Assembly (NCBI RefSeq): GCF_000981445.1
Contig: NC_027217.1
Span: forward strand, 1,550,001 to 1,614,000
Direction: 5' to 3'
DNA from: Babesia bigemina
Lineage: Eukaryota
DNA: 64,000 nt
Shown: positions 46,407 through 59,500 of the stretch, in pieces
Numbering within the stretch: the first letter of the stretch is position 1
Layout of the letters: each line of letters begins with the position of its first letter
Notes under the pieces: generated by a model
What the model saw: only the letters and a program-made list of their open reading frames with translations
Told to the model about the DNA's origin: nothing
Databases searched by the model: none
Position numbers and translations under genes: made by a program

Positions 46407-47513
46407 TCAGTGGTTGAGTAAACCGCGCAGGCTGCGTAAGACGTCCCACGTGGGTTTGAGTTGGTTTGCTCTTTCTTGCAACAGCCGTTGAGCATGCGTG
46501 TCCGCTGCGATGGGCGGCGGCTCGAAGTGTATCAGTGACGTCCAGTACGGCTCGTCCGTTTTTATGCGGTCGCACAGCTCCTCCAGGCTAGACACCAGTA
46601 CGCGTGTAGACCATCTCCGGGTTCCTGGCAGTATCCGGCAGATCACGGCCTCGCCGCCGAGCTTGAGTTTCACGCTGCCCTTCCACCATGCACGTCGGTA
46701 TATTTCCGCCGCGCTCTCGGGCGAGAAAAAGACCGCTAGCCGCTCCGTAGCGGGGTTGAAATCGCCCTGCGCCGTCTCTGATTTGGTGATCGCGATGGGC
46801 GGGTCGGTGGTGAATATGGGCGTGCCCCTGAACGTTCCTCTTCCGTGTCGCGTTGCGCTAACCAGCGCCTCCGACGTCGGCAGCAAGATCGGGTCGAACT
46901 TGCGCGCATCGTCGTCGACTTGTTTCGCGTAGTCGGCCAGCGTGAGCCGCGTGATGTGCGCTTCCTTGCCCTGCCTCCTCAGCTCCAGGACATGCGCGGC
47001 GCAGGCGTTCGGGTCCATGAAATACAGCAGCACCGCCGGCATCCGCCGATTCATGCTGCGCAGGTCGTGGGTGCTGCTCTGTACAGGGACGACCTCGCTA
47101 ACCTCCGCGAATTGCTGCAGGAACTCCTGCACGGCGTGCTGAGCACTCGGCAAGTGCTTTGCCGGCCGCGCTGCCGCAGGCGGCGGCGGCTCCGTTGCCG
47201 AGTAGGCTGCCGCATCAACTTCATCCAATGGGTAATGCGATACCAGCGCATTCCCTCGCGCGTCAGTCGCTATATAGACGGGAATGCGTTCGAGCTGCCG
47301 GTAGAGCGCGGTAGCAGCTCTGTGCCTATCCAGGCGGCCCAGAAGGTCGGTGATTCCAACAGCGGCCGGTATGGCGCTCGACAGCACTGGACACGGCTTG
47401 TTACATACCGGGCTCCCGTCCCACCGTTGCCGCGGATTCCTGGCCGTTGAGCGTGATTCCAGCCGGCAGACCGCCAGCGCGCAAAGGCAGGCGACGGCCA
47501 GCCAGCTACACAT
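46407..47513 (-). CDS. TIC22: Apicoplast Tic22-like protein
   Basis: Signal peptide plus basic transit-like region. LERIPVYIATDARG, LYFMDP, GTPIF and VFFSPE match Tic22 motifs. Confidence 0.75.
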   Translation of the reverse strand: MCSWLAVACLCALAVCRLESRSTARNPRQRWDGSPVCNKPCPVLSSAIPAAVGITDLLGRLDRHRAATALYRQLERIPVYIATDARGNALVSHYPLDEVDAAAYSATEPPPPAAARPAKHLPSAQHAVQEFLQQFAEVSEVVPVQSSTHDLRSMNRRMPAVLLYFMDPNACAAHVLELRRQGKEAHITRLTLADYAKQVDDDARKFDPILLPTSEALVSATRHGRGTFRGTPIFTTDPPIAITKSETAQGDFNPATERLAVFFSPESAAEIYRRAWWKGSVKLKLGGEAVICRILPGTRRWSTRVLVSSLEELCDRIKTDEPYWTSLIHFEPPPIAADTHAQRLLQERANQLKPTWDVLRSLRGLLNH

Positions 47514-47665
47514 TGACTCGCGAATTTATAGCATTATATAACGTGACCGATTGCGCCAGCGTGGCGCTCTAAAGAAGGCGGCCTCCGGCAGACACCACAC
47601 ACTGCCGAACACACACAACGCTTAGGGAGGCAGGGTAATTACTGCGTAAGTTCGGGAGGAGGCGC

Positions 47666-49362
47666 TCAGTAGTGGTAGGTGTCCTCCTTGTACGGGCCCT
47701 CCGGCTGGATGCCCAGGAACTTGCATTGCTTGGCGGTCGGGATGGTGAGTTTGACGTTGAGCGCCTTCAGGTGGTACCTGGCGACGGTCTCGTCCAGGAT
47801 CTTGGGCAGCCTGTTGATGCACTTGCCGTACTTGTCGTTGTCCCTGTTCCTCCAGAGCTCGAGCAGGCACAGCGTCTGGTCGGTGAAGGAGGCGGACATG
47901 ACGAAGGCGGGGTGGCCGTTGGCGCAGCCGAGGTTGTACAGGCGGCCGTAGGCGAGGATGATGACACCCTTTCCGGTGTCGGGGAACTTGAAGTAGTCAG
48001 ATCCGGGCTTGATGTTGATGATCTCGAGTCCGGGCACCTGGTTGAGCTCCGACATTTGGATCTCCTGGTCACCCTGGCCGATGTTGCCGAGGATGGCGTT
48101 GTTCTTCATGCGCCGCATGTGCTCGACGGTGATGGTGTCGATGCCACCGGTGCAGGAGATGAAGATGTCCGCGGTCTCCACGACGTCCTCCAAAAGCACG
48201 ACGTCGTAGCCGTCCATGGCCGCCTGCAGGGCGCAGATGGGGTCGATCTCGGTGACCTTGACGTTGGCACCCTGCCCCCTGAAGCCCTGGGCAACACCCT
48301 TGCCGACGTTGCCGTAGCCGATGACCACGGCGGTCTTGCCGCCGATGAGGAACCCGTCGGCACCGTTGAAGAAGCCGTGGATGCCGGAGTGCCTGCATCC
48401 GTAGATGTTGTCGTACTTCTGCTTGGTGACACAGTCGTTGGTGCTCATGACCGGGAAGAGCAGGCCGCACTTCTTCCAGATGTTGCGGAAGTGGGTCACA
48501 CCGCTGGTGGTCTCCTCCGAGAGCCCCGTGACCTGGGAGGCGAGCTTCTCCCAGAAGTAGCCCTGCTCCACAACCAGCTTGTTAAGCAGCTTGATGAGGC
48601 ACTGGGTGTCCCTGTCGTTTTCGTCGAAGTCGGCGGGGTTCAGGAAGCTGCCGTCCTTGGCGTGCATCCTCTCGAGGTCCACACCGTGCTTGATCATGGA
48701 GTAGGCGCCGCAGCCGTCGTCGACGATCAGGTTGGGGCCGTCCTGTCCGGGCCAGCGGAGGGACTGGTACACACACCACCAGTACTCCTCGATGGTCTCA
48801 CCTGTAGCGCAATGAGATCCTTTTGAGCAGGCAGCACGAACGACATCACCAGGCAACGTCGGCGCGAAAGGCCCAACGGCACAGACGCAGACCGCACCAG
48901 ACACGCAAATTTCACGCATATATCTCATGCATAAGCCCGATCCAACCACGCTAGGTATATACGGGGTGCGAAATGCCTCGTAACCACAACTTCCATGGAG
49001 GCTCACGTCACACGCAACCTACCCTTCCAGGCGAAAATGGTCGTGTTGTCGCTGTGGTAAGCCTTCAGAGCAGCGCATATGCCGTCGTGGGCCGAGAATG
49101 GGTTGGAAGAGGACCATCTTATGGTGGCACCGAGCCTGTTCAGGGTCGTGATGAGGCAAGCCACCTCTCCAGTGAGGTGAAGGCAGCCGGAAATGCGTAC
49201 ACCCTGCAGAGGCTTTCCCTTCTCTTCAACTTCCAGCAGCGAGTTCAGTCCGGGAGATTCCTCCATCCTCAGCTTGAGAAGGATTTTACCCGCATCCTTC
49301 AGGGAAATATCCTTGCACACACCCTCGGTGCGAGGCGTCAGATCATTCCAAAGGTCAGACAT
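47666..49362 (-). CDS. SAHH: Adenosylhomocysteinase (SAH hydrolase), 2 exons
   Basis: GCLHLT, SSSNPFS, LIVDDG, SEETTSGV, KYDNIYGCRHS, GYGNVGKG and GRLYNLGCANGHP. Intron 48802-49022. Confidence 0.96.
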
Positions 49363-49485
49363 CTTGAGATATGCGTTTTTGTTCGTAGAGATCAGAGTTC
49401 GCGACACCGTTCCAACTTTTCGGTCCTATATTCAGAGGGACGCAAAAGGTGAGAGCAACGTCCAGGTCCAGCTGTCGGGCATATA

Positions 49486-49953
49486 CTAGTCCCCATGGCT
49501 ACTAGTATTCTTGTCGCCTTCGCTCTGCGCACGCCGCTTCAGTTTGCACACCTGGCTACGATATTTCTTGTACATGAACTCCCTGTACTGTTGCCACGTT
49601 TCCTCGCAGACTTCCATCTGGCAGAAGTGGGACTTCTTCATGAGGCTAGAAGCCTCAGAGAGGTCTGCGAACAGCAGCTCCGAATACGAAAGGGCCTTCC
49701 GCTGATGCTTTGGCTCGGTGACCTCCGTAGTTTCCTCATCGGAGCTATCGTCCGACTCCTGCACCTGCTGCTGCGTTACTGCCGATGCCGTCTTCCTGCC
49801 GGCGTCCAACTTTTCCAGAAATTTGGCCAGCCAATTAGAGCCGCTTTTTTCATCTTCTTGCTTTGTTTCAGCAGTTGGTGCGATAGATTCTTCGGTGGCC
49901 TCCGCCGCTGACCGCTTGCGGGTTTTACGGTCGCTTTTGGAGGATTCCTTCAT
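49486..49953 (-). CDS. Hypothetical charged protein (155 aa), probably nuclear
   Basis: ATG-initiated ORF with basic NLS-like RKTRKR and acidic stretches. Confidence 0.6.
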   Translation of the reverse strand: MKESSKSDRKTRKRSAAEATEESIAPTAETKQEDEKSGSNWLAKFLEKLDAGRKTASAVTQQQVQESDDSSDEETTEVTEPKHQRKALSYSELLFADLSEASSLMKKSHFCQMEVCEETWQQYREFMYKKYRSQVCKLKRRAQSEGDKNTSSHGD

Positions 49954-50828
49954 TGTCTCATTTCAGCGTTGTATACATGGGTGTGTAACTACACGTAAGT
50001 GCACGCCGAGCTATCCTTGCACCCTGACTACGTGCGCGCATTACGAAAATATGGCAACGTTGTCCTGCCAGCGCGAGTCGTCATGGCGACGTCGTCTGCA
50101 CAAGCGGAGTGCAGCCGTTTGACGGAGGCATGCGTAACGGACTCCAATTTCAGGCAAAATGCTTCTTCAGTCAGCAACTCATGGAATCAGCCGGTAGACA
50201 CCTGGTTCAGTCACTGCGGATCTTTTCATCTAACGCGGAAGCTGTCCACAGCACGCCCTTTTACCACACCACTGTCACAAATCTCTATATATAAATCAAA
50301 ATGTACCGTATTTGCGGTATCACCGGGTCCAAATGCTGTCTAACAGGGCGAATCAGCCTGTTTCCCCTGGGGTGGAGCCGGCACTGCCGTCCGTGTTTTA
50401 CGACTGCGTGTGTATGATGTGTGGGTTCTAACTCCCTCGTAGTGTCAATTATTTTACGTTCGTTGTTGTTCGGTCGGGTGTTGTGAATAGCGAAATGGAA
50501 TCTACCCCTGGCACCGTTTTCCGTGGCGTATGTGCTCTTCCACTAATGCCGGTGGCGCCCGTACGGGCTTCCAGTAGCACGTTAGGCTGCACATCACCGG
50601 CCTTACATGCGATGTGTCAGTTGCCCTAGATAGACTCTCACCTCGCCGGCTCAGCAGCCATTTAGACAACGCACAGCCATCGAGACGGTCACATAGATTA
50701 CTGACTAAATGTCCCTGATGCCGCAGCAAATCACCATATCGCATGCCGCCAGTGCCGTGAGTTGACTTATATTACAGCGGAGTGTACGTATTCGTTACCG
50801 GGGAACCCTGACCCGCTGAGTGATGAGT

Positions 50829-52136
50829 TTATTTTGCAAGGTTCGCCCTCCCAGTCGGGCACCATGTGTTGGCTGCGCACGTGGCGCATCCGGGGCCCGC
50901 GGCGACGCAAATGGTCTGCCCAAAACCCACCAATAGGTGGTTTATCTCCGCCCACAGCTTCTGCGGCAGCAGGGCCTGTAACTTGAGCCTCGTTTCTTCG
51001 GGTGTCTTGGTCTTCACCCAGCCCAACCTGTTGGCAATCCTGTGCACGTGCAGGTCGACGGCGATGCCGTTGATACGCTTGAACGCCTGCTCGCAAGTGT
51101 GTGGCGTTTAGCGGCGGTCCGACTTACCAGCTGCATTACGAGGTTTGCCATCTTGGGTCCGACCCCAGGCAGCGAGACGAGCTCCTGGATGGAGTCTGGC
51201 ACCCTTCCGTTGTACTGTTCGATGATGATGTCGGTCGCCTGCTTGATGTGCTTCGCCTTGGTCTTGTGGAATCCGACCTTGGAAATGAGTGAGTCCAGCT
51301 CCTCCTCTGGCATCTTTGCAACGGTCTCCACGTTCAGCCCACGGGCCTTGAGCGCGTCCATCGCCGCAGCAGTCACGGCGTCCTTGGTCTGGCTTGAAAG
51401 CATGCACGCGATGAGCGTTTGGTATTCGTAGGTTGCCTTGTCCGCGCTCTCGTCAGCGCAGCAGTGCGCGCCCATGGTGTCAACGGGTGCGTTTTTCTGC
51501 ATTTCAGTTATTTGCTGGAGCATACGCAACTCACGTCCTGCCGCATGTCCACGATTGCGTTCCACACATTCGAAAAGTTGGGGATGGAGCACTCGTTCTC
51601 CCCGACGTGCCTGAAGGGCTGCGTCTTGGTGTCGTACTGCAGCTCGATGTAGTCGTTGTCGTACTCCACCTTCGGCTTTTTGGCCAGTATCTGCTTGACT
51701 TTCTTCACGCGCGCCGGGCTTTGCGTGGCGGTGCTCGCCTCGGAATCGGCCGGCGCTCCCAACGACTCCGCCCTCGGCTGCTTGCCCCTCGCCATGATGT
51801 TGACGAGTGACTCCAAGCTGACCGTCGGGTTGAGAATGTTCTCTATGTGCTGCTTTACTGAATCGTGCCCCGGGTTGGCTGTGGATTCCAAGATCTCGGT
51901 GAGGTGCGGCGTGTCTGTTGGTTGCTCAACCAACGTGGCCGATTGCGATACGCGTATGCGCAGCCCCGCTGGCGCGATCCAGCCTATCGCGCGTGTGAGA
52001 TGCTGCGGGAAGACAACTTACAGTGCGACTTGCCGACGGTGAGTCGCAGATTCCTCACCCCTCGGACGAGCGACTTGAGTGAGCACAGCGCCAAAGCGAG
52101 GAGTTTAAACCAGGGTCTCCGCCATGTCGCCGCCAT
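50829..52136 (-). CDS. NTH1: Endonuclease III homologue with N-terminal targeting leader, multi-exon
   Basis: MLSSQTKD, HhH motif [19 protein letters not shown] and the Fe-S motif C-x6-C-x2-C-x5-C. First exon from ATG 52136 splices in frame. Confidence 0.88.
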
Positions 52137-52650
52137 TATACATCCATTTACAGGCTGCGCCGCCGCCCAGGGGTGGCAGATGAGCTCGAGTACCCTCGGA
52201 AGACCGTGTTCAGCTGTCGCGACGGCACGTGATCGGCACAGCCTAGACGGCCGTTTCGCGGCGCTACAATTGCTAAAACCACGCCCTGATAGCAGTGTGG
52301 CAATATTTAGGTGTCCTTCCTGACGAATCGCGGAGTTACGCGTCCGTCGGTTGGGGCCGGCTCCCGGCGCCCCGCGCCCTGAGGCCCCATCGCAGAGGCG
52401 CGCTGGCCTGCTCGCTCTGCTACTCAACTAAAGGCAGCTGCCGAATGAGCAGTAGTGCAAGGTGTACAAAATAGGTGCGTTTTGCGTTCGTGTGACTGTA
52501 TTCGCGGCTTCGCGGCGGGCCCAACAGGCCGTGCCGCCGTAGGCCGTCCCCCGCCGATGTGCACTGTTTGCGATTCGCGGCGACCCAGTTAACGTCATTC
52601 GCAGGTTTTATTTTGTCCGACATCGGCACGCGTAACGGTTTCGCTCCAGG

Positions 52651-53236
52651 ATGGTAGGTGTTACATTTCTCGCCGGCCTCATCCGTGCTCCAGAATCTCA
52701 GATTGCAGAAGCGCTTGGCCGCGTCGGTGCTGAAATGTGGCAAGGGCCGCGTGTGGCTGGACCCCAATGAGGGGAACGAAATCGCCATGGCCAACTCCCG
52801 TTTCAGCATCCGCAAGCTGGTGGGCGACGGTCTCATCATCAAGAAGGCGGTCGCGCCGCACAGCCGCGCCCGCATCCGCCTGATCCACGCCTCGAAGCGC
52901 CTGGGCCGCCACTCCGGCATCGGTAAGCGCAAGGGTACCAAGGGCGCGCGCCAGCCGGCGAAGCTGCTCTGGATGCGCCGCCAGCGTGTGCTGCGCCGTA
53001 TGCTGCGCAAGCTGCGCGACTCGAAGAAGATGGACTCGCACATGTACCAGAACTTCTACATGCGCTGCAAGGGTAACCAGTTCAAGAACAAGCGTGTGCT
53101 CCTGGAGGCCATCCACGCCCAGAAGAACTCCTGGGTCAAGCAGAAGGCGGAGAACGAGCAGATCGAGGCCCTGAAGGCCAAGGCGAAGGCCATCAAGGAG
53201 AAGCGCAAGCTTCGCATGGCCGCGCGCACCACGTAA
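52651..53236 (+). CDS. RPL19: 60S ribosomal protein L19 (eL19)
   Basis: ATG-only first exon, intron 52654-52693, then [26 protein letters not shown]. Confidence 0.97.
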
Positions 53237-53496
53237 ACCTGCTAGATAACGTTTTCATCGGCTCTGTATTGCGTTTCTGTGCCTGTGTTGTGCCGTTGTT
53301 CGCGTGCACACGCCACCCGGGCCCTGCAGCCTGGTATGCGTGTCGCCTCACCAGAAATTTCGAGTGAGCTCGTGTGACTGAATTAGCGATTGTTTCGGCG
53401 TGGCGTGCGTCGCGCTTTGGCGGCGCACTGTGGAGTGTATACTGCCTCGCCGTTGGCGGCACAAGTCGGCCGCCGTGTCCGGGTCGGGCACCGTGT

Positions 53497-55364
53497 CTAC
53501 CATTTGAGGGCGGCCGATCGCGTTGCGTTATCGGCCTGGTTCTGCACTCTCGTTGCGATGAGGTTGACAGCCGCCAGCCTGTTCAAAACGGGAATGACGG
53601 TGGAGGAGATGGCCTTAACGTCCTCACGGTCGCTGGTGTTGGCGTAGCGACAGGCTGTGTGGTACAGCCTCATCGCCTTGTCAGTTGACCTCGCCACGCC
53701 CTCGTTCCGCACCCACTTCATGAAGTTGTTGAGGTAGCTCTTATCGGCGGGAGGCGGCGTCAGCACCTGCCCCGCACCATTGAAGCACCCGCCGGGGCAT
53801 GCCATCACCTCGATGTAGGCCATGAGGCATGCTCCCGACTGGGCCTTCCGTTTGAGCTTCTGTACGATGTTCTGCACGTTCCTAAACCCGTAGGCGAGCA
53901 CGAACGTCATGACGGGCTTGCCGCCGACCCTGAGTGTGGCCTCCTGCGCGGGCGTTACGATTGCCAACACCATTAGCAACCCACCTGGTAGTCGTGGTTC
54001 AGCGTCTCCGTGAACGAAGGCACCTCGTCAGCTTTCACGATCGACTGGGCCGCGAATTTCATGATCTCCTCGGCGAAGCCACCCGACTGCGCCTGGGTAC
54101 TCCCGGGTCTGACGTAACTGTCGTCGTGGCGTGGCGGCAGCTTGACATCCTGCTCGAAAAGCTTGGAAAACAAAAAGGCGTGCTTGTCCGAGAACACCCG
54201 ATCCAGGTCGGCCTCGGGCATCGATCGGAAGTCCAGGTTGTGCAGCTCCATGATCTTCTGGAGGTCGCCCGTGGAGAGCACGTCGTCCACAAGCTTGACA
54301 TCTCCCGCAAAACTTTCATTTTGCAATCCAAGGTGCTGGTATATGCCTTTGAGGTTCTTGTCCGATTGGCTTCGCGCGGCCTCGATTTTCTTGTCATAGC
54401 ACGGCGCGGTTGTAACGTGGTATATGGGCTTCATCTCAATGTTGCGCCGTCTGGCGTAACTCCCCACGCTCTTCAGGGTTTCAACGAGTCCCCCGTACGG
54501 CCCGTTGAACACGCCAGAGGTGGGTTCCACAGGCACGCGGGAGCGCTGCGCGGCCAGCTCAAAGCTGCCCAGGGTCTTGACCAAGGCGCCCTGTATGTGC
54601 TGGCTCGACGCCACCCTGCTTATGTGGGAGACTACGGTCAGGTCGAGGTTCTTCTCGGCGTACGTGGCGAAACCGGGGCAGTGCGCAGCTATGATGGGCA
54701 TGCCGGGTTGGCCCCGCTCGTCACCCCCACCGTCGTCTGCGTCAGAGTCGGTGCCCCGCCCTGATGCCGCGGCGTTGGTGCCACTCCTCATGGCGGTTTC
54801 GACGTCAGCTGGTTCCAGGGTCCCGCCCTGTTGCAGCTTGATGCGCGCCTTGGCATCCAGCGACGCGGCCACGGTGTCGCGGAACTCCAACTTCGCCTCG
54901 TGCAGAGCCACGGCTTCCGCGAGACTCATGTCGTATACCCGCTTGGCGCCCAGCCATTTGAGCAGGTATGCGAGTTTCCGGAACGCCGTCTGGTAGGTCA
55001 CGTTGTACGTGGCGGCGAACATGAAGGCGGTTTGCGATGCGATAGAGACGGCGGCTGCGTCCGCCTGCCGTATTTTTCGCGCGATATCCTCGTAGCCACG
55101 GTCCTTGAGGATGATCTCTTCCGACGACGTAAGGCAGCCTGAGCAGGACATACAGTCGCTGATTCCGACGACGATGCGCTTCGTGTCCTTGTCGGCAGCG
55201 GCCAGCTGGAGCTTGTTAGCGCCCGGCGCGGCTTTCTCGTGCAGCTTGACCTCGTAGCTCTCGCCGCTCTTTCCAACGGGCAGCACGCATTCCTCGCTGA
55301 GGTTGAGGAAGTCGTTAAGCTGGTCTATCTTAACCGCGCTGGAAAACATCGTTTCCACCTTCAT
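53497..55364 (-). CDS. NAR1: Cytosolic Fe-S assembly factor NAR1/CIAO3
   Basis: DFLNLSEECVLP, ISDCMSCSGCLTSSE, HCPGF, PCYDKKIEA, AYGFRNVQN and IEVMACPGGCFNGAGQ. One short intron near 53950-53985. Confidence 0.92.
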
Positions 55365-56548
55365 TGCTCAACAAGCGTGGATGTGTACCGACATCGAGCT
55401 ACATTTGCAACCAGAGAGGTCATAATCGCCAGATGATGGCGGCAAAGGTGCTGCCGCTGCGGAATCTCGTGCTTACAGCGACACGCAGGCAGAGATTCGT
55501 GTGTTAGATTCCTTGATAACGTAAACTTTCACGCGCAGTACTTTATGGTTACAAGTCACGGTGTTAGCGTGTATGTGTATGTAGACAGGGCGGCGTTACA
55601 GGATCCCAATTCCGCTTCTTATGCCGGATGGCGTAAGCGACACCCGCCAACCGACACACCTGGTATAGCCTTCAATTGTGATTTTCGCTATTTCGCTGGT
55701 TTCCTCCAGACTTACAAGTGTGGTATCGTCATTTACAGCAAGGCGTGCCCACAATAGATGTTGCGATGTACGTGATACTGGCGATTCTTTTAACGGCGTG
55801 ATTGGCTACACATTCGTCATTATGTTAATGACAGTTCATTTGAGTCGGCAACGGTGCATTTGCACGCCAATTTATGACCGCTAGTTATGTCTGCGGCGCA
55901 TTGGTGAGCCGAAGGCCGACCCTTACGCCTACCCATCGAAACCATTCGTGCAGATTCCATATAATTATATTAAATGAAGCCATTGCGGACTCCCTGGGTC
56001 GGTTGTGGAATCATCCGCGCGGCGTATCTGGCGCGAGGAATTTTTTTTCCTGATTTTCCACGCATCTCATGGAATCCAAGGCTAACCGTTGTGAAATAGC
56101 TACGCAAACATTTCAGCCACACTGTAATCACGATATTTTTCTCGAATATTCTAGCTTCTGGCTCCGTATTCGTTATGCGTGGACACTTTATTTTTTGAGT
56201 TATTTTGCGGGGCATAGCAGTAGGCAGCCACCGCAAGAGCAGTTGGGTCGGTAGTTAATTTTCCTCGCACCAACAAAATATATCCCGGGTATTTGGTGGC
56301 GTCGGTTGAACGCTAATCGCGCCACCAGACACCGTTTTTTCGCGGCTGTGGTCAGCTTTCAGTGAACTGTGCGTGCTGCGCTAATCTGTCTGCCGCAGTT
56401 TGTTGCGCATATAAAATCCGTCGTGGAAGGATGATTTAGCGCGACTGCAGGCATCAGCGGATTTCAACTCGGCTGTAACACTGCTCCAGGTTGCATAAGC
56501 GGGGTAACCAGTGCCTCCAGGCAAACCGCGGTTTTTTGGCATCTCGCC

Positions 56549-59500
56549 ATGGAGCAAAACAACATCGCCGGGGCTAAACCCCGGTGGTACGAGTACCTGT
56601 ATTTCTGGCGCCCGTATTCCGTCATGAAGCGCATACAAGACGGCGATTACACGGCGGATAAGGGTTACGGCAACTACTCGGACAGCCGCGGCATGAAGTT
56701 CCTGTCGTTCGGGTGGATAACCAAGTGGATTGGCCTGGTGGCGTACGGCAACCTTCACTACGACAGGTACCCAGGAATACCCGCCAGCGACTTCGACACG
56801 TTCGCCTCGACGGAGCTGAGCCTGTGCCTCATCGAGGGCCGCTCCATCCCGCGCGGGCCCTTCTTCACCAAGGTCGTGGGTGAAATGCGGTGGAGCATAT
56901 TGCGCGTTTTCCGGCACGCATTCACATATCTGCTGTTCCTGACGGTGATGAAGGACGCGACTGAGCTGCTGGTGATTTGCCTGATGAAGATGGTGGTCGG
57001 CGGGGTCACGCTCAACAGCTCCTCGGCAATCCTCTCGTGTGAGTTTGCGCCCGACTCGTAATTCAACGCACGCAGACGTTCTGACGACGGCCGCAATCGC
57101 GTCGGCCATAGCGCTGGACGCGTTCGTGGAGGCCTACCATCACTTCTACTACAGGCGCATGTCGCTGCGGGTGGAGATCACGCTCCAGACGCTGCTGTTC
57201 GGGAAGATCCTGGCGCGCGACCGCCAGCTGGCGATGCACCAGAGCGTAAACGTGTCATTCCACGGCAGCAGCGTCGACAGGGACCAGCAGCCATCGAGTG
57301 ACTCCTCCCGAGCCACTAGCGAGGCGGACGCGTCGGACGAGGTGAACATCCTCAACCTGGCGCTCTTCGACGTCGACGAGATCTCCAACGGGATCGTGCG
57401 CGTCATCGATCTCGTGAACGTGCCGATAAAGGTATGCATGCTCAGCATCTGGTTGTACAGGGAGATCGGCTGGAGCTCCGTGCAATCGCTGGGCATCATC
57501 GGGGTCATGACGGTGCTGATGCTCCTCTCCGAGTGCCAGTGCGCGTCCCTGCTGAAGGATTATGTGCGGCGTGTGGATCTGCGGCTTTTCAAGACCCAGG
57601 TAGTCCTGGAGGACCTGCGCAACCTGCGCCTGGTAAAGTGGGTGGGATACGCAATGGAGAACGTCATGGGAAGCCGGATGCACGAGCTGCAGTCATGCCT
57701 GAAGCGGGCGTACCTGAGTGCCTTGAGCAGCTGGGTGGGCATGGTGGCGCCGAACGTGATGGCGCTCTTCATCTTCGTGACGTCGGCGATGAACAATTCC
57801 ACGGTGCTGCGCGGCCTGAACCTTGACAAGAGCCAAGCGCTGCCGCTCCTGCACGCACTGAGCTATTTCATCAGGCCGCTGCGGAAGCTGCCTTCGGACA
57901 TCAACGACCACATGGAAACCTCCATTTCGTGCCGCCGGCTCGAGGACTACGTGTACCGCAAGGTGCTCGACACGCACGTGCCGACGCCGTACGATAAGTT
58001 TTCCGAGCGCGTCCCGGATAGCAACTCGGACTGCCAGCATCCGTACAAGGTCGACATGTCAACGCTCTACGCAAATGGTAGGCCCAGTGCCTTCTCCATC
58101 GCCAGACGCAAGTTCGTCAACCGCCTGCCTGCATGGATGATTCCGAAGATGCCAGCGGGGTCCACGGCCAGTACCTCGCGCTCGCTCACGCCCTTCAACG
58201 TGGGCATAGATAGCCCCAGCTGGTCGTTCATACGCTCTCGGGACTCAATCACCCTGGACAGCGAGCTTCTGCGCGACTCCTTCATGGGGGTCAACTACCC
58301 GCACGTGGTCCAGTTCTCCCACGCGTTCTTTGGCTGGACGTCGGTTCCCATCCTCTCTAACGTCAACTTGACGTTGCGGCCAAACGAGGTCACCTTCCTC
58401 ATTGGGCCGCCCGGCTCGGGAAAGACCTCTCTCTTGAGCGCGATACTGGGCGACCTCCAGCTGCTGTCTGGTACGTTCCTCGCCTTCGAGGCATTTATGC
58501 GATGCAGGTTCCGTCTGCGTGGTCCCTTGGGAAGTTAACCTCCCCATTGGATACGTGAGCCAAGAGCCGTGGATCCCCGTGGGCACTGTGCGGGAATGTA
58601 TCCTCTTCGGCCACCAGATGGACGTCATGCTCTACAACCGCGTGGTGAGCGCAGTGGGACTCGACACGGACATCGCCAACTGGGAAGCGGGCGACTTACG
58701 TGTGCTGGATGAGGGCGGACAGAACCTGAGCACTGGTCAGCGGGTGCGCATTTCGCTGGCCCGCTGCCTCTACAACCAGATGATGCACTCGCACAACGTC
58801 CACGCCGCGTCCTACACGCTGTACTGCCTGGATGAGCCTTTCTCGGTGTTGGACCCTTCGCTGGCCGTTAGGATATTCACGATGCTCTTCGGGCCAACGG
58901 GTCTGATGACGGGCGCCAGCGCCATCATCGTGGTGCAGGAGGGCTTCATCCACACGCTGCGCTCAAGCGGCGTTAACTTCGCAGGCATGAAATACTTCGT
59001 GTACCACCTTGACGGGCCCATCACGGAGCCGCGATTGGAGACTCTGGAAGAATTTGAAGGCAAGCACGTCCCGAACGAACCGGCCGACGCGGCCGGCCTG
59101 CAGACCGCCGATTCGTTTGACGAGTTGGGCGTCATCAGCGCGTTGCACACGGTCGAGGTTTTCAACACTTCTGGGTCCATTGGTGACCTTGACAGCACCA
59201 GCGACGATCCAAAGTCTGACGTAGTCACCGAAAGTTCGTCAAAAGCCTCGTCCACGCAGTTGGGCGACAACAACCAGGCACGCGGAGCCCTGCGGTGGAG
59301 CAACTTCATGTGGCTGTTCAACCACATTGGGATGTCTACGGTGCTGACCATGCTTGCGGTGTCGTTCATCACCGTCTCCATGAGCATTTTCAGTGAGCAG
59401 GTCGTGCGCTGCTGGGGCGCCATCGTCGACACGCAGCGCTGCGTCCTCCCCGAAGGCACGGATGATATGGCTGTGGACCAGATTATGATGGAAACGCAGG

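Noticed and set aside
47672..48826. 384-aa + strand ORF opposite SAHH (similar cases opposite the Bfr1-like gene, AP2A and AQR)
   Set aside because: Antisense shadows caused by extreme GC3 codon bias.
53497..55364. Fe-only hydrogenase
   Set aside because: The N-terminal DFL..SEECVLP / CMSCSGC pattern is that of NAR1/CIAO3.
55400..56500. Small ORFs between NAR1 and the ABC transporter
   Set aside because: No coding bias or homology seen. Likely a divergent promoter or 5'UTR, though extra ABC 5' exons cannot be excluded.
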